DNA of 64,000 nucleotides from Halobacteriovoraceae bacterium (GCA_963719505.1 CAVRCF010000005.1:128001-192000), one strand, 5' to 3'; positions 39,568 through 48,831 are shown, counted from the first letter of the stretch. The notes: a model not told the origin generated them from the sequence alone. Made by a program: numbers and translations.

Positions 39568-40308
39568 TTAATTAGCACTCCGGTACTGGAGTGGACTCAT
39601 CATCTTTAATGCTGAATGTGGTGCTATTTCATTATAATCCGCAAACCACTCTGGCAACATTTTTAAAACTGTTTCAGCATCCTTACAGTCTGCGAGATAA
39701 GCATAATCTCTTTTGATAGTGTGAACGAAAGATTCTGCCATTCCATTTGAAGAAGGGCTATATGGAGCTGTATAACATGTCAGAAGCCCTAAGTCTCTGG
39801 CCGCATTACGTGTGATGTTTGCTCGATAAATTGTTCCTCTATCTGTTAGCCATTGAATTTTATGTGGCGTCTCAACATCCTTAAATCTATTTAAGACTGA
39901 CTCGCTCATCAAATCTCGAATATCTGTTGCTTGAAGTGGTCGATCTTTGGCCACAAAACTTATTGCTTCCCTGTCCTTACAATCTAAGCTGAAAGCAACG
40001 TAAACTTTTTCTCCGTTAAAGCACTGAAGCTCAAATCCATCAGAGCACCAACGAGTATTTGAATGAAGAGTCATTACCTTTCCAGTTCCAGGATGCTTTT
40101 TTCTTGATGGATATTTTTTAAACAATAAATCGTTCATATCCATAACCCTATATATTCTTTTGCGATTAACAATCGCTTTGTTATGAAGAACTCTTTCTCT
40201 ATTAAGCATCGCTGTAATCCTCTTATATCCGTACGTTGGGCGTTTCTCTTTTAACTCCTTTATGGATTCTAATATTTCAGCATCATCTTTTTTCCTATAT
40301 CTTTTCAT
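39568..40308 (-). CDS. IS3-family OrfB (frame open further upstream, reached by -1 frameshift from orfA)
   Basis: YGYKR, WCSDGFE, DCKDRE, TDRG, SNGMAESF. Confidence 0.93.
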   Translation of the reverse strand: MKRYRKKDDAEILESIKELKEKRPTYGYKRITAMLNRERVLHNKAIVNRKRIYRVMDMNDLLFKKYPSRKKHPGTGKVMTLHSNTRWCSDGFELQCFNGEKVYVAFSLDCKDREAISFVAKDRPLQATDIRDLMSESVLNRFKDVETPHKIQWLTDRGTIYRANITRNAARDLGLLTCYTAPYSPSSNGMAESFVHTIKRDYAYLADCKDAETVLKMLPEWFADYNEIAPHSALKMMSPLQYRSAN

Positions 40309-40415
40309 TTCTAAGCCTTTTGATTTTTTATAAAAAGCTGCCCTTGATACTTTTAAATATCTACAGACGAGACTTACCTTGAATCGTTTTAACTTAACGA
40401 TTTCTTTGGCAGCTT

Positions 40416-40748
40416 CTACTTTTCTTTTTTGGGATTTTTTTTAAAGATCTCTACCGCTTCATTCAGAATTTCTTTTTCTAAAGAAAGGTCCCCGACAATC
40501 TTTTTGAGTCTTCGGATTTCTTCTTTTTGCTTTTCATTTTCTGAAATTAGCTCTGATTGAGAATGATTCATCTTTGGATTTTTGTCTGACATCTGTCTTT
40601 TCCATTGAGCTAGAGTTACTGGGTGTATGCCATGTTTTGTGGCAATACTGATCATTGAATTCTTTTGATCAAAGTACTCTGCTAAGATAGCACATTTTTG
40701 TTCTTTGCTAAAATGCTTACGTTTTTTCGGTGACTTAGTAGTCGTCAT
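40416..40748 (-). CDS. IS3-family OrfA
   Basis: RKHFSKEQK, TLAQWK, LKKIVGDLSLEKEIL; A8 run near the end. Confidence 0.92.
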   Translation of the reverse strand: MTTTKSPKKRKHFSKEQKCAILAEYFDQKNSMISIATKHGIHPVTLAQWKRQMSDKNPKMNHSQSELISENEKQKEEIRRLKKIVGDLSLEKEILNEAVEIFKKNPKKEK

Positions 40749-40870
40749 AACTTCCCCTTATTGGTTGGAAAAGTGTCTACTTGAAAAGGGGGTTACAAAC
40801 ATTTTATTCACTCATAATCCATTCAGAATATCCGATAACTAACTATAAACATTAAGATTTGGGGTTTGTA

Positions 40871-42031
40871 ATGACGAAAGGAAGATCGTCTCGTTTTAAC
40901 GAGAATTGGGAGAGTGTCCGTGATGAAAAAGGTAATTTAACAGATTTTGGCGAGTTTTTAAAAAGTAAGTTAATTAGTTTTTTGGAGCATGATTATTTAA
41001 ATATTTTATGTGGGCTCGGTACTTCTCTTGACTGTACTTCTGAAGGTAAAAAAGTTGCTCCTACTATGGGAGATCTATGGAGCGGTATAAAGACACAGAA
41101 AGAAGAGCTTCTTTTAAAGGTAATTGAGCTAACACCTTATGACTCTTCTGATGATAACATCGAAGAACTATTGTCATGTTGTAAATTGGCAATGGGATTT
41201 TATAAAGAAGGCTCCAAAGAATATAAAGCAGTAGAAGAGTTTGTCACATTCGCAGAAAACCTAATCGTAGACAGATGTAATTTCTGTGAAGATGATAAAC
41301 TCGACTTGAGCAGTCACCAAAGCTTTTTATTGAAGTTTGCAAGGAGAGGGAATAAATCAAGAAGAGCGAACCTATTTACAACTAATTATGATTTAGTTTT
41401 TGAAGTCGCAGCATCAAACACGGGGTATATTTTAAATGATGGTTTTTCATTCTCATATCCACGAAAGTTTTTATCAACAAATTTCAATATAGACTTTGTT
41501 CAAAGTCGTATAGCCAACAAAGAACCTAATTACTTAGAAAAGGTTATAAATTATTATAAGTTGCATGGATCAATTGATTGGGAGAGAGCTGGTGACTCAG
41601 GAGTTACTAAGAAAAACGGTAAGGCAGATTCTCCATTGATGATTTTCCCAAGAGCTTCAAAATATGAAATGTCATATCAATCTCCATATTTGGAAATGAT
41701 TACAGCTTTTCAGACACAACTATTGAATAACAATAGTTGCTTGATCATCTGCGGTTTTGGTTTTAATGATAATCATATTTCAAGTCACATTCTGAATGCA
41801 TTAAGAACAAATCCTACGATGAGTATTATTATCGTTGACCCTTCAATAGAGGAAAAAGCAAAGGGTAATAAAGAAATATCTGAAATCTCAAAAATGATTG
41901 ATGCAGGTGATGGTCGTATTGTCCTTCTAACATTAACGTTCAAGGAATTTGTAGAAGTGTTTCCTGACCTTGTATCTGAGTCTGAGTGGGAAATTCATAT
42001 GAATAGAGTTAGCAAGACTAAAGGAGAGTAA
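40871..42031 (+). CDS. SIR2-family NADase of a SIR2-HerA defence system
   Basis: GLGTS (GxGxS), FTTNYD, YKLHGSIDW, GFGFNDNHI. Confidence 0.88.
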   Translation: MTKGRSSRFNENWESVRDEKGNLTDFGEFLKSKLISFLEHDYLNILCGLGTSLDCTSEGKKVAPTMGDLWSGIKTQKEELLLKVIELTPYDSSDDNIEELLSCCKLAMGFYKEGSKEYKAVEEFVTFAENLIVDRCNFCEDDKLDLSSHQSFLLKFARRGNKSRRANLFTTNYDLVFEVAASNTGYILNDGFSFSYPRKFLSTNFNIDFVQSRIANKEPNYLEKVINYYKLHGSIDWERAGDSGVTKKNGKADSPLMIFPRASKYEMSYQSPYLEMITAFQTQLLNNNSCLIICGFGFNDNHISSHILNALRTNPTMSIIIVDPSIEEKAKGNKEISEISKMIDAGDGRIVLLTLTFKEFVEVFPDLVSESEWEIHMNRVSKTKGE

Positions 42032-42032
42032 T

Positions 42033-43682
42033 ATGAATTATTTTTCTCCTGAAAGAATTATAGGCAGTGTAAATTCCGTTAATGCAAGTTCATGTGTAGT
42101 AAACTTACCTGAGGCCGCTAACAAAAATGGCAGAAGTTTATATGGAAACAACTTAAAGGCAGGGGTTGTAGGAGAGTTTGTTGTTATAGAAATGCACCAG
42201 TATGCTTTACTAGGAAAGATTATAACAACAAAGGTGCCAGAGTCTGAACGTTTATCAGTGAATGTAGATCTCGGGCAAAGTGTAAGTGCAAATCCATTAG
42301 GTATTGTTCAGCTTTTAGCAAGCTTTGACTCAATAAATGACAGATTCACCCCTGGCTTGAAAGAGTATCCCAGGATTGGAGCTAAAGTATATGCAGCACA
42401 CCCTGATTTGATTCAGAAACTTTCAAGTGTTGATATATCCAAGAAGGTATTTAAATTAGGTGAGATACCGGAAGCAAACTATATAGATATGAATGTAGAT
42501 GTGACGAATCTTGTAGGTAGGCATTGTGTTATTTTAGGGACCACTGGTGGGGGAAAAAGTTGGACTACTGCTACTATTGTAGAAGGTCTTGCAAAAAACA
42601 AAGTAAAGACTATTCTCCTTGATCCGACTGGAGAGTACCATACAATAAGTTCAAGTGTTAAGAATGTTTACTTGGGTGACTATGATTCAGCTCCAGATTC
42701 TCAGCAATGCTTCTTCCCATATACATCTTTAGAAGAAAGAGATTTATTTGCAATTTTTCAACCTAGTTCTGCGAGTCAGATACCAAAGTTAAAAGAGGCA
42801 ATCGCAAGTTTAAAACTAGCTAAAATTGATCCTACAATTGCAACATCAGGCATGGTTTTAAAGGCAGGAAAAGATAAGACAAATTTTGAAGCTTCTATGA
42901 TAACAAACGGTAAGGCAATTGTTAGTGGTACATCTGACTTTGATATAAGCCTGTTGTCTAAGCAAATAGTAGAAGAGTGTGTCTGGCCTCAAGACTTCAA
43001 GAAGCCGACATTCTGGGGTGGGCGAAATGACCAAATGTATGGTTACAATATAAGTCTTATTTCTCGAATAGATTCATGTTTGAATAGTAATAGTTTAGAT
43101 TGTTTATTTGATACCTCACAGGGGAATAGCTTTATTGATGAAGTTGATAAGTTTCTAAAGGGAGAAGACTCAATTTTAAGGGTTTCTGCAGAGTCTATCT
43201 CCTTTGAAAATAATGCAAGGGAGATCACAGCAAATGCAATAGGAAGGTACCTCTTGAAGTTAGCAAGACAAAATTGTTTTAAGAAAAATCCCGTTGTTGT
43301 TATTGTTGATGAGGCACATCAGTTTATGGACAAAAGCGTTGGAGATGAAATAAGCAAGGTTAAACTTGACTCTTTTTCCTTAATTGCTAAAGAAGGGAGA
43401 AAATACGGATTGAATATAATTTTAACAACACAAAGGTCTAGGGATATTTCTGAGGGAGTTTTAAGCCAGATTGGAACATTTATTGTACACAGATTGATTA
43501 ATGAGTCTGATATTAGAGTTGTAGAAAAAGCATCAGGAGAGGTTGATGGAAAAGTAATTAATTTCTTACCGACACTATCTCAAGGTGAAGCTATCGTTCT
43601 AGGAGTCGACTTTAATATTCCATTGACTGTTAAAATACATAAACCAACAAATCCGCCAAAATCTGAAGGACCAAAATACTAA
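42033..43682 (+). CDS. HerA/DUF87 FtsK-like ATPase
   Basis: N-terminal HAS-barrel-like region, GTTGGGKS, DPTGEY, IVDEAH, KEGRKYG, TQR. Confidence 0.92.
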   Translation: MNYFSPERIIGSVNSVNASSCVVNLPEAANKNGRSLYGNNLKAGVVGEFVVIEMHQYALLGKIITTKVPESERLSVNVDLGQSVSANPLGIVQLLASFDSINDRFTPGLKEYPRIGAKVYAAHPDLIQKLSSVDISKKVFKLGEIPEANYIDMNVDVTNLVGRHCVILGTTGGGKSWTTATIVEGLAKNKVKTILLDPTGEYHTISSSVKNVYLGDYDSAPDSQQCFFPYTSLEERDLFAIFQPSSASQIPKLKEAIASLKLAKIDPTIATSGMVLKAGKDKTNFEASMITNGKAIVSGTSDFDISLLSKQIVEECVWPQDFKKPTFWGGRNDQMYGYNISLISRIDSCLNSNSLDCLFDTSQGNSFIDEVDKFLKGEDSILRVSAESISFENNAREITANAIGRYLLKLARQNCFKKNPVVVIVDEAHQFMDKSVGDEISKVKLDSFSLIAKEGRKYGLNIILTTQRSRDISEGVLSQIGTFIVHRLINESDIRVVEKASGEVDGKVINFLPTLSQGEAIVLGVDFNIPLTVKIHKPTNPPKSEGPKY

Positions 43683-43683
43683 A

Positions 43684-45618
43684 ATGTTTACTATGCCATA
43701 CAGTCTTATTCATTATGCACACGAAAAAGGTCTTAAAAGAGGCAAGAAGTCTGTATTTGGTAATATCAATGGACAAATAATTACGCTTACTCCAAGCGCA
43801 GATGCTACTATTCTTATTACAATTCACTTGCATGATCCATCTAGTATAACAACTGAAAGGTTGCGGTCCTTCGACTCATTCAAAAAATCTTCTGCTCAGC
43901 CTCATGACGTTGTAGAAGATGTATGTCGCTTTGGAATTACTCATAAGTCATTCGAGAAAAAACAAATTAAAGTACTACAGGATGGCATAGACGATATTAT
44001 CAAAGTCGTTGAGTCTTTTAATAAGCCAACATATCAAAAGGATTTAATTCTCATAGGTGGAGTTGCAAGACCAAATTCTGAAGAAGAAATAGAAAAGTAT
44101 AAGGCTAAGAATACTGAAAAGTTTAATAGGAAGGTCGATTATATGTCCGCTGGGATAGTAACTTTGTTATCCTCCATTATAGGTGGCTATTTGTTTGGCT
44201 ATGGTATGGCCATGATTTTTTCTAAGCTTAAAGCTGGCCTACATATGATCTCAAGAGCCTTTTTCTACTATATGATTCCTGGTGGGATTTATCTCAAAAG
44301 AGCAAAGAAAATAGATCGGAATGGTAGGATAATTGTAACACTATGTGCTCTAGTCATGCTCGTCGTGGCCGAGTTTATGCTTATCTATTATGGAACTAAC
44401 TCTAAAGGATATGGATACTCTTTTAATGAAGCCATGGACTTGTTTATAAATCTTCTTTCAAATAAGGGGCAGTATCAAAGAGAGTTCATTATAGGGCTTG
44501 TTATTGTTCTAGGGTTGAATTTCTTACCAGCACGACTCCAATTTAATAAAGACATTAGGATTGAGGAAGGTATTGATGTAGATGATGAATACTATAATAG
44601 AGCAACAGAGCTAAAAAGTGCGAATAAGTGGAGGACAGGTATCCTAGTTTCTTCGATATTTATCGGAATGTTTGGGTTTGTTCGTCATGTAACCTTGGGA
44701 GCTGACTTTGATTACGTATACCCGATACATCAATGGGGTTGGTTTTTTGGATCTTGGCTTCTTTCATTTATATTTGTTGCCTTGCTTGTTCAGCTAGTTC
44801 CTATGTTGAGAAAGAGTGTTGGCTCAAATGATTATAAACCAATAAAGAAATCTATTAAGACCCTTGAGATATTAGTTTATTCAGCATCTATAGCTACTTG
44901 GATCTTGTCAGGGGTGAATTACGTTAATCTAGAGTTTCCTTCTAAAGAAATAACTCAAGAAGGCTTGGTTACTAAGCTTGATTATAATTACAAGACCAAG
45001 GAATACTTCCTAGAATTTAAATCCGATAAGTATCCTAATGTGTTTATGAATGCGCATACTAAAAAACAACCATATTTGATAGATAATACAAAGGCACGAG
45101 CCACGATTAAAGAGGGATACTTAGGGTCACCATTAATAACAGAAATGAGCTATTTCGAGGTGAATACCTTTGAATCAGCAAGTAAACACTTCAAAAGTGA
45201 AAATGAGCTTAGAAGCTCAAACATTGAAGCATTTGTTAAATTTGATAAGAGTGATGCTTTTTTAGTTCAAATTGATAAATGGGCAACTCAATGTAAAGAA
45301 AAGAAAGATTACAGCTGTAGACTTTCTAGTTATGTATATGCTCACAAGAAAGATACCTTGAATCAAGCTCGCTTTGTAAAAATGGGTTGCTTAGAAGCAG
45401 ATGATCCTATTTCTTGTTATGGATATTTCTTTGGAGGTAAGTTTGATGATACTTCAAAGAAGACGGCACTTGAAAGACTTGAAAAGGGCTGTGATTTATA
45501 TAAAGCTGATCACTGTCTTTACTGGGCATATTCTTTAAGAAAAGTTGATCATCCTAAATACCACAGAAAAATAAAAGAATTAATCAAGAAAGGTGCGGAG
45601 TTGAAGAGACTCAAGTAG
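43684..45618 (+). CDS. Multi-pass membrane protein with C-terminal Cys-containing Sel1/Hcp-like repeats
   Basis: About 7 hydrophobic segments; C..K..YSC, GCL...ISC, GCDL...HC helical repeats. Confidence 0.65.
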   Translation: MFTMPYSLIHYAHEKGLKRGKKSVFGNINGQIITLTPSADATILITIHLHDPSSITTERLRSFDSFKKSSAQPHDVVEDVCRFGITHKSFEKKQIKVLQDGIDDIIKVVESFNKPTYQKDLILIGGVARPNSEEEIEKYKAKNTEKFNRKVDYMSAGIVTLLSSIIGGYLFGYGMAMIFSKLKAGLHMISRAFFYYMIPGGIYLKRAKKIDRNGRIIVTLCALVMLVVAEFMLIYYGTNSKGYGYSFNEAMDLFINLLSNKGQYQREFIIGLVIVLGLNFLPARLQFNKDIRIEEGIDVDDEYYNRATELKSANKWRTGILVSSIFIGMFGFVRHVTLGADFDYVYPIHQWGWFFGSWLLSFIFVALLVQLVPMLRKSVGSNDYKPIKKSIKTLEILVYSASIATWILSGVNYVNLEFPSKEITQEGLVTKLDYNYKTKEYFLEFKSDKYPNVFMNAHTKKQPYLIDNTKARATIKEGYLGSPLITEMSYFEVNTFESASKHFKSENELRSSNIEAFVKFDKSDAFLVQIDKWATQCKEKKDYSCRLSSYVYAHKKDTLNQARFVKMGCLEADDPISCYGYFFGGKFDDTSKKTALERLEKGCDLYKADHCLYWAYSLRKVDHPKYHRKIKELIKKGAELKRLK

Positions 45619-45994
45619 ATCATCCTTATGAAAATTGTAAAGTCTTTGTATATAATTACATTTGTTTTGACTATTGTTTCTGGTTTTTATGCAAATCATA
45701 TCTTTGAAAGAAGTATAGAGATTAATGATGTCGAAATATCTAATATTAAAAATATATTAAATTCACATGGGTTAAAGGCTGAGAATCTAGATGATTACAA
45801 AATTTATGTAGCAGATATTGGTATTTTGCAGGTAAGTTTGTTTGATAATATAATTCTAGTAAATAGTAGATATTTAAAAAACCTTCATGAAAATGAAAGT
45901 CATATAGCATTCTTTTTTGCACATGAAACAAGTCACAATCCTATATATTTGTTCGTGACCCCCTTTTGACGGCTACCTCTTAACGGAGGAAAAA

Positions 45995-46360
45995 ATGGAA
46001 AGAAAAAGAAGAAGATTTACCGAAGATCAAAAAATCCAAATTCTACAGGAACATCGTTCAAAAGGTGTTCCAATTTCAGTTTTAGCACGAGTCCATGATA
46101 TAAATGCAGTAACTTTATACCAATGGAAAAGAGCTATGAAAGACAAACCTGATACTAATATCGATGTTGCTGACCTTTTGAAACAAATTGATCAACTTAA
46201 AAAAGACAAAGATAAACTACTCAAGAAAGTTGGTGAATCTACCCTCAGAGAAGAGGTCGCTCAGGATATCATCGATTTTTATAAAAAAAAGATCTTGGAA
46301 CAGGAGTTGATCGAGCAAAAGAATTCATCAAACTCAAAAAGAAAGGATCAAAAAAAATGA
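45995..46360 (+). CDS. IS3-family OrfA
   Basis: Identical protein to 37047-37412. Confidence 0.93.
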   Translation: MERKRRRFTEDQKIQILQEHRSKGVPISVLARVHDINAVTLYQWKRAMKDKPDTNIDVADLLKQIDQLKKDKDKLLKKVGESTLREEVAQDIIDFYKKKILEQELIEQKNSSNSKRKDQKK

Positions 46361-47159
46361 TCTGTGAAATGTTTGGAGTCCACTCAAAATCAATTTATAA
46401 AACGACTAGCTCAAAGAAATTTTACTTTAAAGCTGAAGATGGAGAAATACTAAGCCAGATTAGGTCAATTGTTTCCTTACGACCAACTTATGGTTATAAA
46501 CGAGTTACGGCCATGGTCAATCGTCTTCGACTTACTCTGGGGCATCCAAGGCTTAATAAGAAGCGTATCTACAGGATCATGAGAGTGAATGGACTTCTTC
46601 TTCCAAAGTCTGCTGTGACGAGAACTCACACTCCAACTGGCAAAGTAATGACTCTGCATTCAAATACAAGGTGGTGCAGTGATTGTTTTGAGATTAAGTG
46701 CTTTAACGGAGAAAAAGTTTTTGTTTCTTTTGTTTTAGATACATGTGACAGAGAGGTTCTCTCATTTGTAGCTTCAAAATCACCACTGCTTGCGACTGAT
46801 ATTGAGAGTCTGATGCTGAAAGCAGTTAAATACAGGTTTAAAGATTACAAAACTTTGAGAACGATAGAATTTTTATCGGATAGAGGAAGTATTTATCGAG
46901 CCCATTCTGTTAAGAATTTGGCGAACCGTATTGGTTAAAAAGCTGTTATACAGCTGCCTATAGCCCAGAATCAAATGGAATGAGTGAAGCTTTTGTGAAA
47001 ACGATCAAGCGAGACTATGTCTACAACAGCGACTGTTACAGTGCGGATGTAGTGCTGAAGATGATCAAGGGTTGGATGAAAGATTATAATGAAATAGCAC
47101 CTCATTCAGGGCTTGGCATGTTGAGCCCGAAAGAGTATTTATTAGAAAATCAAAGGTAG
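46357..47159 (+). pseudogene. IS3-family OrfB, frameshifted near 46935
   Basis: aaccgtattggttaaaaag versus aaccatcttggtttaaaaag in copy 1 (two substitutions and a 1-bp deletion). Confidence 0.85.
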
Positions 47160-47552
47160 CCTAAAACGGGGTCCAATCCATATTTTATAATCTCTTTATG
47201 TTCTTTATGCCTTGGTGCTTACCTAGTTTTTAAAAAGGAAAAGGTAAAGCAATCTTTAATTAGGTATATTTTAGGATTATCGATAGCTTGCTATATGGAG
47301 AGTAATGCAGATATTGAAGGTTGTAAGCTAATAAATAATCAACAAGCCGCCTTGTCGGGCCTAGACCATCTTGATCAAGAAGTTAGTAGTATAAGAAGTA
47401 TTTTAGGCTTATTTAAGCTCAATGCACATCCTCCTATTTTAGTAAGAAAGCTAGTATTAAAATCTTATTGTCGTGATGCGTCATTCTTGAAAACTGATAA
47501 ATAAGTTATATTTTAGGTTCTATGAGTGAATTCTATCTGGCATAATATATTT

Positions 47553-48476
47553 ATGGATAAATTAATTAAAAACAGAAACATTATATTGCTTCTTGTAGCG
47601 CTAGTTCTAATGACATCATGTGCACTCAATAATGGTTATAAAAATTCACCTGGTAAAACAGATGAAGAGAAAAAGTATAACTTTATAATGAGTCTATATG
47701 AGCAAGAGCGATTCATTCTTTCATATGAAAACATAAAAATGTTTATAACTGAGTATCCAGAATCAGATAAGTTACAAAAACTTAGATGGATGAAGGTTAG
47801 GATTGCAAACGATCAGCAGGACTATAAAAAACTACAAAGAGTAAGTCGAGATTACTTAGAAAAATATCCTGATACAGACAAAAAAGATGAACTTGTTAAA
47901 ATGAAAGATCAGGCAGATGAGAGATTCAATACATTTGATACTCATATGGAATTCAATTATTACTTTGGTTGGGCTATGGGGCAAAGTGGAAATTTTGATG
48001 ATAACCATAAAGACCGCGTTACAAATATGGGACTGCACTATTATTTCAAGGAAAACTATGCATTTGGAGTTGATAGGACTGTAATACTTTATGATGGAGA
48101 TGATTCTCAGTTTAATTCAGTAGATACTTCTGAAAAGAATGATCAAGTCAGTATCACTCTCGCTACGCCAACGTTTACCTATCGCAATTTGTTTCACGAT
48201 AAGTTTACATTTATGTACCGTGTAGGTTACTCATGGGTTCAAAATGGTCTTGGTGATCGGTTCGAGAGTTCAGATGAGGTAAACGATTCAGGGCATGCCA
48301 TTTCTCAAAAGTTCCTGTTTAATTACTGTTATGACAAAGAAGGAAAGGTTAAATGTTGGAACGGAGACAATGTTTCATTTGGATTCTTTACCTTTAATTT
48401 TATTGATGGTGCGGTAGGAAAAACAGAATTAAAAGATAGTATGCTATGGGGGTTCTTACTAGGAATATCAACATAG
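47553..48476 (+). CDS. Lipoprotein with a BamD-like TPR N-terminus and beta-barrel-like C-terminus
   Basis: Lipobox LMTSC; F..EYPES and YL.KYP.T motifs; amphipathic strands. Confidence 0.65.
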   Translation: MDKLIKNRNIILLLVALVLMTSCALNNGYKNSPGKTDEEKKYNFIMSLYEQERFILSYENIKMFITEYPESDKLQKLRWMKVRIANDQQDYKKLQRVSRDYLEKYPDTDKKDELVKMKDQADERFNTFDTHMEFNYYFGWAMGQSGNFDDNHKDRVTNMGLHYYFKENYAFGVDRTVILYDGDDSQFNSVDTSEKNDQVSITLATPTFTYRNLFHDKFTFMYRVGYSWVQNGLGDRFESSDEVNDSGHAISQKFLFNYCYDKEGKVKCWNGDNVSFGFFTFNFIDGAVGKTELKDSMLWGFLLGIST

Positions 48477-48529
48477 TTTACAGGTCCCATTTTTTATTAG
48501 TCCTTGTCTAAAATTCATTTCGTTATTTT

Positions 48530-48546
48530 ATGCCAGCCATGCCAGC
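48530..48546. repeat. ATGCCAGC x2; putative Int arm-type sites at the right end
   Basis: atgccagc at 48530 and 48539. Confidence 0.7.
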
Positions 48547-48666
48547 CGAATTCTGAAACATAGTTAAATCGAATGAAGTATTATGAAATCGAAAAAAGCG
48601 CAAAAGGCCTGTATCCATCGCTAGTATGTTGAAATTAAAAAACTTTTCAAATTGTAGAACGACGCC

Positions 48667-48683
48667 TCGGGTAGTTCTGGCAT
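48667..48683 (-). pseudogene. mutM: Displaced native 5' end of mutM / right att junction
   Basis: ATG CCA GAA CTA CCC GAG (MPELPE) with a GAGAG RBS, then reads into island sequence and stops after 20 codons. Confidence 0.85.
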
Positions 48684-48831
48684 AAATTATCTCTCTTCGG
48701 CATTACTACTTAAATTTAGACTGACTCTTCTATCATGACACCATATTAATTTTAGTTAAATTTACAGCCAAAAAATGGTGTAGTAAAGGTCGAAGGTTTC
48801 TGTCATAATAATTTAAGGGGCTTGTATCAAA

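Larger units (their letters stand above)
39540..40801 (-). mobile_element. IS3-family (IS2-like) element B (1262 bp)
   Basis: Ends TGCTTTGGCCCCCAATTCAGTAGACACTTT and TGTTTGTAACCCCCTTTTCAAGTAGACACTTT; TTTT on both flanks. Confidence 0.92.
45950..47180 (+). mobile_element. IS3-family element A, copy 2 (1231 bp), TATT target duplication
   Basis: Inverted copy of 36226-37457; tatt at 45946-45949 and 47181-47184. Confidence 0.95.
45628..47504 (+). pseudogene. M48-like zinc metallopeptidase interrupted by IS A copy 2
   Basis: HETSH before the IS; removing the IS plus one TATT restores frame into a TM segment and MESNAD (ExxAD), then HP....R. Confidence 0.8.
33757..48673. mobile_element. Tyrosine-integrase genomic island (~14.9 kb) integrated in the 5' end of mutM
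   Basis: Direct repeat TCGGGTA-N5-GGCATA at 33757-33774 and 48667-48684, both encoding MPELPE on the minus strand; int and xis at the left end; defence and IS cargo. Confidence 0.9.

Noticed and set aside
37458-45949. Segment already inverted, or acquired as a composite transposon
   Set aside because: Each IS copy interrupts a gene whose two halves are still collinear with their own duplicated target bases, indicating independent insertions.
33757-48673. Island as a prophage or ICE
   Set aside because: No structural, terminase, lysis, relaxase or T4SS genes are recognisable.
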